In this document: positions 26,348-36,435 of the stretch, one piece after another
How the letters are laid out: each line of letters starts with the position of its first letter
How positions within the stretch are numbered: position 1 is the stretch's first letter
Origin: a virus
Lineage: Duplodnaviria; Caudoviricetes
IMG/VR virus record: IMGVR_UViG_3300047388_000264
Location: 1 to 60,180 of that record
DNA: 60,180 bases
Direction: 5' to 3' (one strand)
Made by a program: the position numbers and the translations under genes
The notes under the pieces: generated by a model
What the model was told of the DNA's origin: nothing
The model's database searches: none
Seen by the model: only the letters and a program-made list of their open reading frames with translations

Positions 26348-26953
26348 TCATTTCTTCAGCATCATCACAGCGAGCACTGCGCCCGCGATCAGCATCCAGT
26401 TTGGAATCCCCGCAACCGAAGACTCCGATAAAACCGCTGGCATCGTGAAGCCAGCGGGCGCGGCCCCGGCAACATTACTTATTTGTGTTCCGACATTCGG
26501 AGTGATCGTCTGCCCTCCTGCGATCTGCTGAACCGTGGGCGTCGCCGGAGCACCCGGCGCAACCATCCCACTCGAAGGCATGATCGTTGAAATAATGGGC
26601 GGATTCTGAAACGGCGTGTTCAGCGGCACTGGCGCTTGTGTGATCGGCGGTAGCCACGGCGGACGGTAGTTCGGATCTTGCGGGTCGATGAACCCTTGAC
26701 CCTTGGGCGGCAAGTACTGAGCATTCGCCGGATTGATGAGCGACAGATACACCGGATCGGTCGGATTGCCGCCCCATGCGAGAAAAGTTAACCACGGTGG
26801 CGGATTGGTTTCGAGGTAGTTCATGTACGCCGAGTAAGCATTCGATGCGCTTCCGGCGTCCTGTGGGCAATACGAGTACCACGCGACTTGCAACGGATCA
26901 AGCGTACCGCTACCTGCCGGTGGGCCGGTGCAGTAACCGAGGGACATCCTCAA
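26348..26953 (-). CDS. Pro-rich tail-anchored membrane protein
   Basis: MSLGYC start; GIPNWMLIAGAVLAVMMLKK anchor. Confidence 0.65.
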   Translation of the reverse strand: MRMSLGYCTGPPAGSGTLDPLQVAWYSYCPQDAGSASNAYSAYMNYLETNPPPWLTFLAWGGNPTDPVYLSLINPANAQYLPPKGQGFIDPQDPNYRPPWLPPITQAPVPLNTPFQNPPIISTIMPSSGMVAPGAPATPTVQQIAGGQTITPNVGTQISNVAGAAPAGFTMPAVLSESSVAGIPNWMLIAGAVLAVMMLKK

Positions 26954-27774
26954 TTGCCACCTCCCAAAACCAGCGCGGCGACGATGAGAGCGCCACCGAT
27001 CAGCAACGGCTTCATATTCGCGCTACCGATCACGCCGCCCGATGCGGCCTGCTGTTGCTGCTGGTACGCCGCCGCCGAAACAACTGAGATTGTTCCGTCT
27101 GGATTCATGACGGAAACCGTAGGCGGCGCGGAAGTGTCCAATTGCCCAGGTGGAGGCGGATCGGGCACCACGTTCGGATCATTTCGTATCGGATCTAAAT
27201 AACCGATCCACCAGTTCCAGCACGGCCCCGTTCCCCATCCATCCGGCCCGTTGTGAAAGTCGCACGAACCTTCTTGCCGGTTGTGGATGCAATTCACGCC
27301 CGCCGTTCCAAGCGTCGGATCGCTGCACGCTTTCACAAGCGCGTTCCAAGCCGTATTGAAATTGTTGATGGCCGCAAGTTGCAGCGAGCGGTAGTGAACC
27401 GGCGCATCCAAATAATGATGGAGGTTCTGTGCGAGATACGCCTCCACTGTGTTTGCGTCCTGCGTTGCCTGCACGCACGTTTGACCGCAACCGGAGAACA
27501 CGCCCGCGATGGCGATGCCTACAGCCGTCAACCCCGCGATGGCCGCGCCGATGGGACCGGCGAGCGCGAACTCCGGTAGGATCGCTCCCATGCCAGCGAG
27601 TCCCGCGAGAATGCCGCCCGTTGTGGCCGCGCCCTGCGCCGCGATTGCCGCGATGCTGGTCGGATCTGACATATCGCCGATGTCTCCGAGCGACGATGAA
27701 ATATAGGGAGCGTACCGCGAGAACCCCGGTATGGGCGTGAGCGGGTGCGCGTACTCTGGCATGGATACCCTCAA
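26950..27774 (-). CDS. Tail-anchored membrane protein with hydrophobic hairpin and Cys-rich domain (entry protein candidate)
   Basis: SLGDIGD, then a long Ala/Gly hydrophobic stretch, six Cys and a C-terminal TM. Confidence 0.6.
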   Translation of the reverse strand: MRVSMPEYAHPLTPIPGFSRYAPYISSSLGDIGDMSDPTSIAAIAAQGAATTGGILAGLAGMGAILPEFALAGPIGAAIAGLTAVGIAIAGVFSGCGQTCVQATQDANTVEAYLAQNLHHYLDAPVHYRSLQLAAINNFNTAWNALVKACSDPTLGTAGVNCIHNRQEGSCDFHNGPDGWGTGPCWNWWIGYLDPIRNDPNVVPDPPPPGQLDTSAPPTVSVMNPDGTISVVSAAAYQQQQQAASGGVIGSANMKPLLIGGALIVAALVLGGGN

Positions 27775-28184
27775 CGCTTCCGCCTCCGTGCCGTCTTGCG
27801 CTTTGCCTTGCGCTTTCGCGGGTTCACCTTCGCGCTTCCACCCAGTTGCGCGTGGCCCAAAACATCCTGCGAGACAAGCGCCTGTACTTTCCCGTCGCTA
27901 GTGATGCGAACCTTGGCGTTGATAAACTTGTTGCGCGGGATCGCGAGCGTCAGATTGCGTTTGCGTTTTCGGTTGCTCATGCGTTTCCTCACGATAGCCT
28001 TGTGTTCCGGCGACAACCGCTCGTAGTACTTGCCGTATGCCGCCTCTGGATCTTTGTCTTTGGAGCGAGATGATTTTTTTGGTGTCGCCCTTCCTGAACG
28101 GTCAATGTGATAGGTCCGGCTTGTCGAGAACAAGCCGCCGCGCCCGAACCCGAGAAAGTTTCGCTTGCGTTTGCGTTTCGCCAC
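27771..28184 (-). CDS. Lys/Arg-rich DNA-binding core protein
   Basis: KRKRKRNF, RKRKRNL, KVNPRKRK. Confidence 0.65.
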   Translation of the reverse strand: MAKRKRKRNFLGFGRGGLFSTSRTYHIDRSGRATPKKSSRSKDKDPEAAYGKYYERLSPEHKAIVRKRMSNRKRKRNLTLAIPRNKFINAKVRITSDGKVQALVSQDVLGHAQLGGSAKVNPRKRKAKRKTARRRKR

Positions 28185-28185
28185 A

Positions 28186-29010
28186 TCAGCGTCTCCCGCT
28201 CATCGTCATCAGCACTACTGCGCCCACCAGCAACAGAACCATTGGCGAACTCAGCGCGCCAGCGATACCGGAGCCGCTAACACTCAACTGATTCTGCGGA
28301 AAGCCGGCGGCTACCGTCGCCGTCTGCGGAGATCCGTAAATGTTTCCGCTCGCCGAAACCGAGCCACCCTGCGAAACCGCAAGCGTGCGCGTCAGTGCGT
28401 TCGAGGAGGACGCGATCAGGTTCGCCCAGTCCGCCGCGCTCATTGTTCCGGTTGTGCCGTCACTGAATACCACGGGGTAGGGAGATTCTGTAATACTACC
28501 GCCGCTGGTGTCCGTGGGCATCATGCAATCGGCAGGATTGTAATCGGGCGCGGAGGGATCGACACACGAACCGAGCCCGGTAAGCGTGCTGGACGGTCGA
28601 TTCATCCACGTGATGACCGGCCCGCCTGAAGTCTTGACTACCTTCGCCCAGATGTAGCCCCACGGAGTATGCTGCAAGTGCGCGTCACCCGGAGCGCCTA
28701 CCGGGCGCGGCGGCAACTGCGGAGCGATCAGCCCTTGCGAAATCAACCCTTGAATATAGGTGGGCATTCCGCCGCCTGTGTACGCCGGAAGTGGTGCGGC
28801 TGTCGGCGGCATAGGAATAGGATCAATCGGCATCAGCGTGGACGCTAGGTCAACTCCGAGGCCGCTCACACCGCCGCCCGTTACCGGCGCAAGGTTCTGG
28901 TGAAGCCGATGCCAGCCCCATGCGTTCCCGCGCGGAATGTGCTGCGGGGTGCGAAGCTCTGCGGGCAAGCTGTGATTGCCGGGGACATCGGAGGGAACTT
29001 GCATTCTCAT
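28186..29010 (-). CDS. Tail-anchored virion membrane protein with VSGLG and LTGLG motifs
   Basis: ATGA overlap at 29007-29010; C-terminal TM plus GRR. Confidence 0.6.
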   Translation of the reverse strand: MRMQVPSDVPGNHSLPAELRTPQHIPRGNAWGWHRLHQNLAPVTGGGVSGLGVDLASTLMPIDPIPMPPTAAPLPAYTGGGMPTYIQGLISQGLIAPQLPPRPVGAPGDAHLQHTPWGYIWAKVVKTSGGPVITWMNRPSSTLTGLGSCVDPSAPDYNPADCMMPTDTSGGSITESPYPVVFSDGTTGTMSAADWANLIASSSNALTRTLAVSQGGSVSASGNIYGSPQTATVAAGFPQNQLSVSGSGIAGALSSPMVLLLVGAVVLMTMSGRR

Positions 29011-29231
29011 GTGGCTGTGCTCGATCCTTTCAGGACACACGAACCGCCAGCGGCCAGGGTGGAATCAGGCACCCAATCGTAACCCTGCGGGCACTGATGC
29101 ACTACGCTCCCGGTGCTCGCTCCGAGCGGACCAACGGGCGGCGTACTCGCAGCGGCTTGCTGTTGATGCTGGTAGAAAAGGTAGCCCCCGGAGCCAAGTA
29201 CGCCGAGCATTACGAGATCGCCGGTGTCCAT
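29007..29231 (-). CDS. Small N-anchored membrane protein
   Basis: N-terminus resembles 25268-25906 (MxTGDL...LG.GGY..YQ); CPQGY...C. Confidence 0.6.
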   Translation of the reverse strand: MDTGDLVMLGVLGSGGYLFYQHQQQAAASTPPVGPLGASTGSVVHQCPQGYDWVPDSTLAAGGSCVLKGSSTAT

Positions 29232-29507
29232 TTAATTTCTGCGCCTCCGTGCCAATGCCTTCATGCCGTGCGGATGTTTTCCGGGTTCTTCGCAGACAAC
29301 CGCATGCCGAATATCGTAAGGATGAATCGACTCGTGGCCGTCCGTGATTTTTGTTGTCCCGTTCTTTACCCACGCCGGAGTGCAGTGACCACCGTAGGCT
29401 TTTACCCAAACCGTGTGATGACCGCGCGGTGCGCGACTTGAGCGCGGATGACGCGGTTTAGGATTCGGCATGCGAGTTATGCGATGGCGACGGCGCGCTT
29501 TCGTCAT
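29232..29507 (-). CDS. Basic Arg/His-rich protein (91 aa)
   Basis: MTKARRRHRITRMPNPKPR; ATGA overlap with the protease gene. Confidence 0.55.
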   Translation of the reverse strand: MTKARRRHRITRMPNPKPRHPRSSRAPRGHHTVWVKAYGGHCTPAWVKNGTTKITDGHESIHPYDIRHAVVCEEPGKHPHGMKALARRRRN

Positions 29508-30190
29508 ACCCGACCCTCGATCATCTTCCACCCGAACCAAACCGTTGCCGCGAGCGCCGCGAGCGAGATCAGCGAACACGAACCGTCCGTGCTCCACTCC
29601 TTCAGCTTGCCGAATTTATTTGGCACTTCCCACCCCGGATAATCGCCGTGGCTGGTATCCATCGGCACGCGCTCGCCGTTCGGGTACGCCACGGTGTAGA
29701 CGTGCGAGTACTGATCGGGCGCGATCTCCGACGCGGCAACCGTACAGAACTTGCACGGAATCCCCTGAGTCATGAGCAGCGCCGCGCAGTACATGGCGAA
29801 GTCGTCACAGTCGCCGGTCGCCACGCCCGATTCGATGTAGCGCGCCATGTCCACGGGACGGATGATGACCTCAACCAAATCGTCAGGGGAGCCACCCGCG
29901 AAACCGAGGCCGATACTTTCGTCGCGCTGGAAGTGGATCGAGTTCTTGACGTGATCGAAGGCGCGGGCAAGGATTCCTGAAGGTGACGACTTCGGAACGC
30001 CCGCGAAAACTTCCGCCGCGTACGCCTTGAACTCAGGAGTAGCCGCGTCCGCGCTGGCGCGCTCTCCCATGATTCGCAAGGTCCGCGCTACCTGATCGTC
30101 CGGCACGTTCCCCAGTTCCGTGACGCTAAAACGTCCAGACCCAAGTAGGGCATGTGTTGCGTTCCCGCTTGCTGCGGAGGCAAGGCGCAT
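29504..30190 (-). CDS. Transglutaminase-fold cysteine protease, candidate maturation protease, with C-terminal TM
   Basis: GDCDD (catalytic Cys), SHVY (His), PMDTS (Asp); first gene of the structural operon. Confidence 0.8.
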   Translation of the reverse strand: MRLASAASGNATHALLGSGRFSVTELGNVPDDQVARTLRIMGERASADAATPEFKAYAAEVFAGVPKSSPSGILARAFDHVKNSIHFQRDESIGLGFAGGSPDDLVEVIIRPVDMARYIESGVATGDCDDFAMYCAALLMTQGIPCKFCTVAASEIAPDQYSHVYTVAYPNGERVPMDTSHGDYPGWEVPNKFGKLKEWSTDGSCSLISLAALAATVWFGWKMIEGRV

Positions 30191-30334
30191 TGGCTTTGCG
30201 AGATTATGGCACAAAAAACGGCGCGCGCAAAGGAATTTTGTTTAGGTACGATTGCGCCGATCAGCAACAGCCTAGTCCCAAGGCTTGCAATTCAGCGGAT
30301 TACGGTTTATTATCGTTATTCCTGAAAGGGGTTC

Positions 30335-31032
30335 ATGAAGAAAGGCTCTCGCCGCAAGGCCAATAAGCGTCGCAATCGTGGCCATTTCATCGCGCCTAAG
30401 GGTGTCAGGCCGAAGAAACTCCGCAAGAATCCGCTGTGGGGCGCGACGGATCAGAAGGCTCTGCGGAAGATGGTCAACCAGACAATTGGCATGTCGCTCA
30501 TGGCCGCGCTCGACATCGACTTTCTCGGCATCATGGAGCAGATTGACGAAGAGAAGGGCGGCAGGCCGATCACGGAGACGGTTCAGTGAAGATCACGCGC
30601 ATTTACGAGCGGGCTAACCCGTCGAGCAAGGTTGCGGATCTTCGCGCGCTCTTCGATTCATACCGATACCAATTCAATATGCGCGGCCAGGTGTTCGTGG
30701 AGGCACCTCTCTGGATGTTTGCGATTGCGCATGACGTCGGACTAAGACCACGATACTCCGAGCGACCGCGCCCAAAGCAACCGGCATTGGCTCTTCAAAT
30801 AGACAATCTGGATGAATGTTCCGGCATCCTGGCTCGCGGCTCGCCTCCGGTCGATGAAGAAGGCCGCGCACTGTCGAGCAATTCACGCTGGCCGTTTTGG
30901 GTTGATGAGGAATTGCTATTCCAATTCCTTTTCGAGACAGACACGGAGCATATGCTCGCACAGGAGTTCTTATTTGAGCCGGGACGCAAATACGAAACAG
31001 AAACGGTCCACGGTTTTATTGGCGGAAGATGA
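30335..31032 (+). CDS. Two hypothetical ORFs (30335-30589, basic with RKNP; 30586-31032)
   Basis: Coupled GTGA/ATGA overlaps, divergent from the structural operon. Confidence 0.55.
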
Positions 31033-32735
31033 TGCCCGATATCGCAGACACTTCCGTTGACGAATCCCCCGCACCACTTCCTAAGCGCGGCAAGGGTCGT
31101 CCGCGTAAGGATGGCTCGCCCCAAGGATCGCGTGCCGTCAAGCCAAACGGGGAGCCAGTCATCGCGCCCTTCGTTCCCGATCCGCCGTTCAAGAATTTCT
31201 TTTCCGATCACGAGAACCCAGCGCAGAAAACCCGAGCATGTTGGGGATGGTGGGGAAGGCTATCGACTCCGTTCCAGAATCAGATCGACGCGCACGTTTA
31301 CCGCGACTGGCCCGTAACGAACGATCCGCCCGAGGACTGGTGTAAGGAGTGCAAGCTCATCATGTCCGCAGAGCTTGGCAACTGTCCGCGCTGCGGAACG
31401 AAGTTGGAAGCGCAAGACTTCAAGTACATCGACAAAATTATCGGCGTGGAGCCGATCAAAAACGATCAGGAGTTTATCGACAAGTACGGCGCGGGCGACT
31501 ATCGGCTGTACTTGAACGCGAACCCACCGGAACCGGGGAAGCGGCGCACGCTGGCTACCTGCTACATCAAAGGCACGCACGATTTCAGAACCTATGCTCC
31601 GGCTGATCGTCGCATTCAGGACATCGCAAATCTTTCGCTGACCGATCCACTCAATACCGCATACGTGGCGTGGCTCCGTTCGCAAGGCAAGATCCCCGAT
31701 GACGACAAGACAAAGGAGAAGGAAGAAATGGCCGCGTCAGGAGTGCTTGTAGAAAAACTGATTGACCGCGTGGACAAACTCACCGACCGCGCTATCGAAA
31801 AGGCAGAGAGGACGGAGACGCAGACGACGCCCGCCGAAACCGCGCGCACTCCCGAAGAACATCTCAACGATGCTCTCGGTTTAGTCGAGCGACTTTCCAA
31901 ACTCACAGCGCGGCCCGAGTCGAACGGAAAGAGCGACCTTGCCACGCTCATGGAGATCATGGACCGCTTGCGTGCCGCGTCCGATCCCGCTCCGTATCTG
32001 AAGCTCATCGCGGAGCAAGGCGAGAAGATCCACGAAATCGAAATGCGTCACTTGAACGAAAAACTGGATCTGCTCAAAAGCAGTATCGACAAGCCGCCGC
32101 AAACCACCGTCACCACTACGGACGGGACAAACATTTCATCGCTGATCGAGAAGGCCGTACAGAAAGCGGTCGAGAAAGCTGGCGTGGGTGAGGACGACAA
32201 TGCGTGGTACGTGGAGCCGCTGAAGCAACTGGTGCCCGTCGCCATTCCCGCGCTCATGGCGGGACTCCAAAACTTTCTCATGCCGCGCCCAACGCAACCC
32301 GCCGCGCCGCCGATGAATCCCGGCTTCCCCGGCCCGGCGCAAGCTCAGGCTGCGTTGCCAGCGCCACAGCAACAGGCACAACCTCAGCCGCAAGCACAAC
32401 CCCAGGCGCAACCGAGCGCCGCGCAACAGGAAATCATTCACATTCTCACGGCGATCTCCGCGCCTGTAATTGACAGCCTGTCGCGCGACGAAGGCGGCGA
32501 TGATTTCGCGGACATGTTCGTGCAGGAGCACGGCAACCGCGCGTTTCGACTGATCAGCAGTTTTGCGCCGGAGCAGATCGCGGCCACGCTCTACCAGTTT
32601 CCGCTGATCGCGCCGAACATGACGCAGTTCCCGCAAGAGAAGGTGTTGAAGTTTGCGCAGGAGTTCAAATCGTATTCACCAGACGCCTACGACAAGAAGA
32701 TGGCCGCGAAGGAAGCGGGGGGAGGTGCAGCGTGA
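31029..32735 (+). CDS. 568-aa protein with AT-hook, zinc ribbon, coiled coil and Q/P-rich linker; function unknown
   Basis: KGRPRK; CKEC...CPRC; heptads at about aa 240-380; QPQPQAQPQAQP. Confidence 0.7.
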   Translation: MMPDIADTSVDESPAPLPKRGKGRPRKDGSPQGSRAVKPNGEPVIAPFVPDPPFKNFFSDHENPAQKTRACWGWWGRLSTPFQNQIDAHVYRDWPVTNDPPEDWCKECKLIMSAELGNCPRCGTKLEAQDFKYIDKIIGVEPIKNDQEFIDKYGAGDYRLYLNANPPEPGKRRTLATCYIKGTHDFRTYAPADRRIQDIANLSLTDPLNTAYVAWLRSQGKIPDDDKTKEKEEMAASGVLVEKLIDRVDKLTDRAIEKAERTETQTTPAETARTPEEHLNDALGLVERLSKLTARPESNGKSDLATLMEIMDRLRAASDPAPYLKLIAEQGEKIHEIEMRHLNEKLDLLKSSIDKPPQTTVTTTDGTNISSLIEKAVQKAVEKAGVGEDDNAWYVEPLKQLVPVAIPALMAGLQNFLMPRPTQPAAPPMNPGFPGPAQAQAALPAPQQQAQPQPQAQPQAQPSAAQQEIIHILTAISAPVIDSLSRDEGGDDFADMFVQEHGNRAFRLISSFAPEQIAATLYQFPLIAPNMTQFPQEKVLKFAQEFKSYSPDAYDKKMAAKEAGGGAA

Positions 32736-33600
32736 GTTTAGAATGGCACGAGATACGCGGAGGTTTTCAGGTAGCGACGGATGGCGAAAAGATTTTCGCC
32801 GTGATCGCAAAACCGGAAGGCGCACCGATTGAGATGTTCCAGATTCAGTACTTCGAGAATTGCTTTTCGGCTATCGGCGCGGCGATGGCCGAGGTTGAGC
32901 GCGACCACAAGGAATACAGCGCCGCGCAAAAACAACGGCATTTGAATCAGCCGTCGCTCATCGACACGATTCTGCCGATGCTCAAACAGTTCGTGGCGAC
33001 TTACGACAAGAAGCCAACGGAGGCCGCGTGACTGTCTACGCTCAGTTGATCATGGAGGCCATCGGCAACGGAATGCGCCTTCGGATTGCGAAGGACGGAT
33101 TCACTCCAGCCGCGCTTGTCACTAATTATTCCGATGCACCACCAACCGGAAAAGAGGCCGAGTACTTTCATGCTTCAATGGTGCGCAGCATTGGACCGTT
33201 AGACAACGATGCGGTTCAGGAACTTCTGAACAACCAGACTCCCGGTGAACGGCTCCATTGCTTAAGCGAAAACCAGAGCGGTCAGCGGCGCGGATGGTCA
33301 CAGATGGGACTCGATGGCACGAAGGCAGATTTCTACGTGATGGAAATATGAGCGGCCACGGCAAGCGCACCTCTCCGCGCCGCGAGCGGGAACTCGAAAA
33401 TGCAGCCGAGTTTATTTCAGCTTTCGGACTCCTGCAATTTCCTGGAGCACTACCACCTTGAGCACACCGCCGATATGGTGACGCGCTTTCGCGGCAAGGG
33501 ACGCGATAACGCGGTTCACATTTACATCACGAGCGATCCGACATGGAAGCGAAAGATCGCGGAGTGTGTCGCGCCGATCTTCGATGCAAAGGATGATTGA
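32732..33600 (+). CDS. Three to four small hypothetical ORFs (32732-33031, 33028-33351, 33400-33600)
   Basis: GTGA overlaps, same operon. Confidence 0.5.
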
Positions 33601-33774
33601 CGATCTCCGTCCCTGTCTCGCGCACCGCATCCCGATCAACCGTTGCGCTCCGTGCTGGCCGCTGATGCTGAAACACCTTGGGGCGCTGTGCGCGAAAGCG
33701 GACGAACCGCGAATGCGCGCGGTTCTCGGTGGAGCACAGTACTTGGGATTTCTGAACAAGAAAGTGATGGAGCG

Positions 33775-34074
33775 TTACTCCGCGATAGGCTCGGCCTCTT
33801 CTTCGTCTTCGCTCTCCTCTTCGTCCCCCTCTTCGTCCGAGTCGTCGTCGTCCGCCACGGCTTCAAAGTCTGTAACCGGCGTCAGAAGATGAAGAGTCAC
33901 CTCCCCGGCTTCGTCAGCGCTCGCAAGGTAAGTGCGCCCGTCGAAATCTAAGGGTACGCCCAATTCAGCCGATTCGCCGGTTGCGCTCTCTTCGTCGCCA
34001 TCGAACTCCAAGTGATAGGTTTGCACTTCGTCATCTTCTTCAGGTTCTTCAATCACCACCAGAATTTTTGCCAT
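33775..34074 (-). CDS. Highly acidic 99-aa protein
   Basis: AAGGAG SD; MAKILVVIEEPEEDDE...DDDDSDEEGDEEESEDEEE. Confidence 0.65.
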   Translation of the reverse strand: MAKILVVIEEPEEDDEVQTYHLEFDGDEESATGESAELGVPLDFDGRTYLASADEAGEVTLHLLTPVTDFEAVADDDDSDEEGDEEESEDEEEAEPIAE

Positions 34075-36153
34075 CGCTGTCTCCTTTTCCGTTGTCTCGC
34101 AAAACAAAAGCGTACACTACTCCGAGGATCGTTGCCGCGAAAAACAGGAACCATCCGACGAAGGCATAGGGCATCACAATGATCGCCACCAGCAAGCCAG
34201 TCGCTACGCCGATCACGTAGGCGTCCCAGGCGAAGGGCGTCATCGCATTAACCTTTCAAGGTCCGCGACTTCACCGGCTGACCTTATGCCGGAGTGATCA
34301 CCGACGAAGGTAACGTAACGGCGTGCGCCGCAAATACAGTGCTCCGCGATTTCAGTGAAGCCGTAGGTTAGTTTTTGCATGTCGTTCGACATGTCAGCCG
34401 TGCCATGTAGATTTGTCCATGTGACGGGACGCGGAGGTGTGAAGACACACGACACTATATGCCAGCGGTGATAAGTGACCCAGTGCCAGAATCTCACTTG
34501 TAAACCTTGGGGAACTTCAGCATCGCACCGTCGGGATACAGGAACGCCGTCAGTCGATCACGGAGACGACTGGGCGGTAACGCGGACGCGAACCTCACAA
34601 TCATTTTGCGCCACGGCTGGCGATAGCGGATGAAGTCGAGCGTCATTCCGGCATCCCCGGTTTTTCAAAATAGTCCAACGGTAAGCCGTATTTCTTGGCT
34701 ACACCCTCACGCCAATAGCGACTTGTATTTTGACGGCCATTTGTAGGATCGCGGTAATCTTCGATTTTGCCGGCGTACGGTCGCCATGAAAGGTGCTGCT
34801 CATCGTCCAACGAATGACTTGAATCTGGAACAGCTACCCACCTTGAAGTATCCGCCATGAAGACCCCGATACCGCCGTCAGGAGAAATACTGCCCTGCTC
34901 CCTCGTCCACCGATGCAAGCCGTACCACGGAGCTACGCCATAAGTGCAACGCAATTCGATAACGGTTCCGTCGCGGGGCGCGCTGGACATAGGGAGCCAC
35001 GCGGCCCCTTGCTTCGGCACCTTGAACCATCTCTCAACCGCCGCGATGCCAGCGAACAGCAGCACACCGAGGGCGAGCACGAAGACGATGGCGCGGCCAA
35101 CCTCAAACATGGGAAGGCTCCACGCCAGCGCGATACGCGCGGTAATTCTTAACTGCCTCTTCGATAGCTTCGCCAGCGCTGAAGCCGTTGCCCTTGCACC
35201 AAGCGCGCCCGCGTAGCTCGTGACACTCTCCGCACTCGCCCGAGACTTCGATGAGCGCGTGCCAAGTCTTAACCTTTACGGGTTCACTGTAGTTTCCGAA
35301 CGTCGTTCCGTCGCCTCCGGGTCCGTAATATCTGATCGAGTGACGTGGCGAATCGTGCAGCAACTCGAAGCGGACGCCTTCGGGCAGTTCACAGATTTCA
35401 AGAATGTCGGACTGAAGAAAGTCTGCGCTCATCGTCGCCTCCCCTGGTTGTACTAGTCTCGATTCCCGCCCACCGCATCGCGGCTTCGGCGTCACGCCGC
35501 GAACAAGACAACTTGAACGCGATCCAACGAACGAGATCGCCATCGCTATGCTGAAGCGATGCGAAACCTTCCGCGCTGCGTTTTAAATATTCACGCATGG
35601 AGTCTTCGGTTTCCGCTTCGCCCGTGATCCATGCTCGAATGACTTGCGGTGGCTTCACCTTCGCCTCCCCTGGTTGTACCAGATCAATTCCACTTTCGCG
35701 CCCTCCGGGTAGCGGATCACGATGACGCCGCTGACCGTTTCGTTTTCCATGTGCTCCTTCGCGGCGATCAGCGTCTCGAAACTTTTATCGGGAACGCTGG
35801 AGCGGAAATAGAAGATGTCGAACTTCATCGTAGTGCCTTCAACACAGCCTCAACCAGCGCCGCCGCGAAAATACCAGCGAGGCATAGCTCGATTAGGAAA
35901 CGGGTCACTTGGTTGCCTTTTTCTTCTTCGCCCACTGTTGCGCGGTTCGCCAGTAGCCACACTTCACACACCCGATGCGTAGCGCCTTCATTGTTGCCGC
36001 ACTGCGAACTACCGCCGTCTCAGGAAACGCGCAAGACGGGCAAACTTCGTCGCGCACCGTGTTCCTGGTCTTGGTTCCAGGAATCCTAGTCCACTGTCGC
36101 GGGTCTGTTTTCGGCGCTGTTGATGTTGTCACTTCGTCTCCTTCTTCGCCCAT
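34049..36153 (-). CDS. Cluster of small accessory ORFs (34049-34243, 34240-34497, 34643-35110 DUF551-like, 35103-35432, 35398-35658, 35905-36132)
   Basis: Tightly packed; WLPMSSAPRDGTVI is DUF551-like; CPSC...CVKCG is a zinc ribbon. Confidence 0.5.
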
Positions 36154-36269
36154 CGTGCCCGCGCTGCGCGCCGGGCGCTTGCGCTGCGTTCGGCTTTCGT
36201 TAACTTCTTCGCGGTAGCCTTGCCGCCGTCTCGACCGAGAGCTACCGCGTTGGGGTTTTTCTCTTTCAC
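36129..36269 (-). CDS. 46-aa basic KGG-like DNA-binding peptide (not in ORF track)
   Basis: MKEKNPNAVALGRDGGKATAKKLTKAERSASARRAARARWAKK; GGAG SD. Confidence 0.6.
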   Translation of the reverse strand: MKEKNPNAVALGRDGGKATAKKLTKAERSASARRAARARWAKKETK

Positions 36270-36435
36270 TTAGCTCCGTGAACGTACAGCATGAAATCCA
36301 CCGCGCACAACTTCACCACGCGGACGAACTGCCAGTAGGCGCGCATAGCCTTGGCTTGCGACAGCGCGGAATCGTGGTCGCTGGTGCGGCCAGCAAGTAG
36401 GTACTCTCTGCCGTCGATGTAGCGGACGCCGCGCG

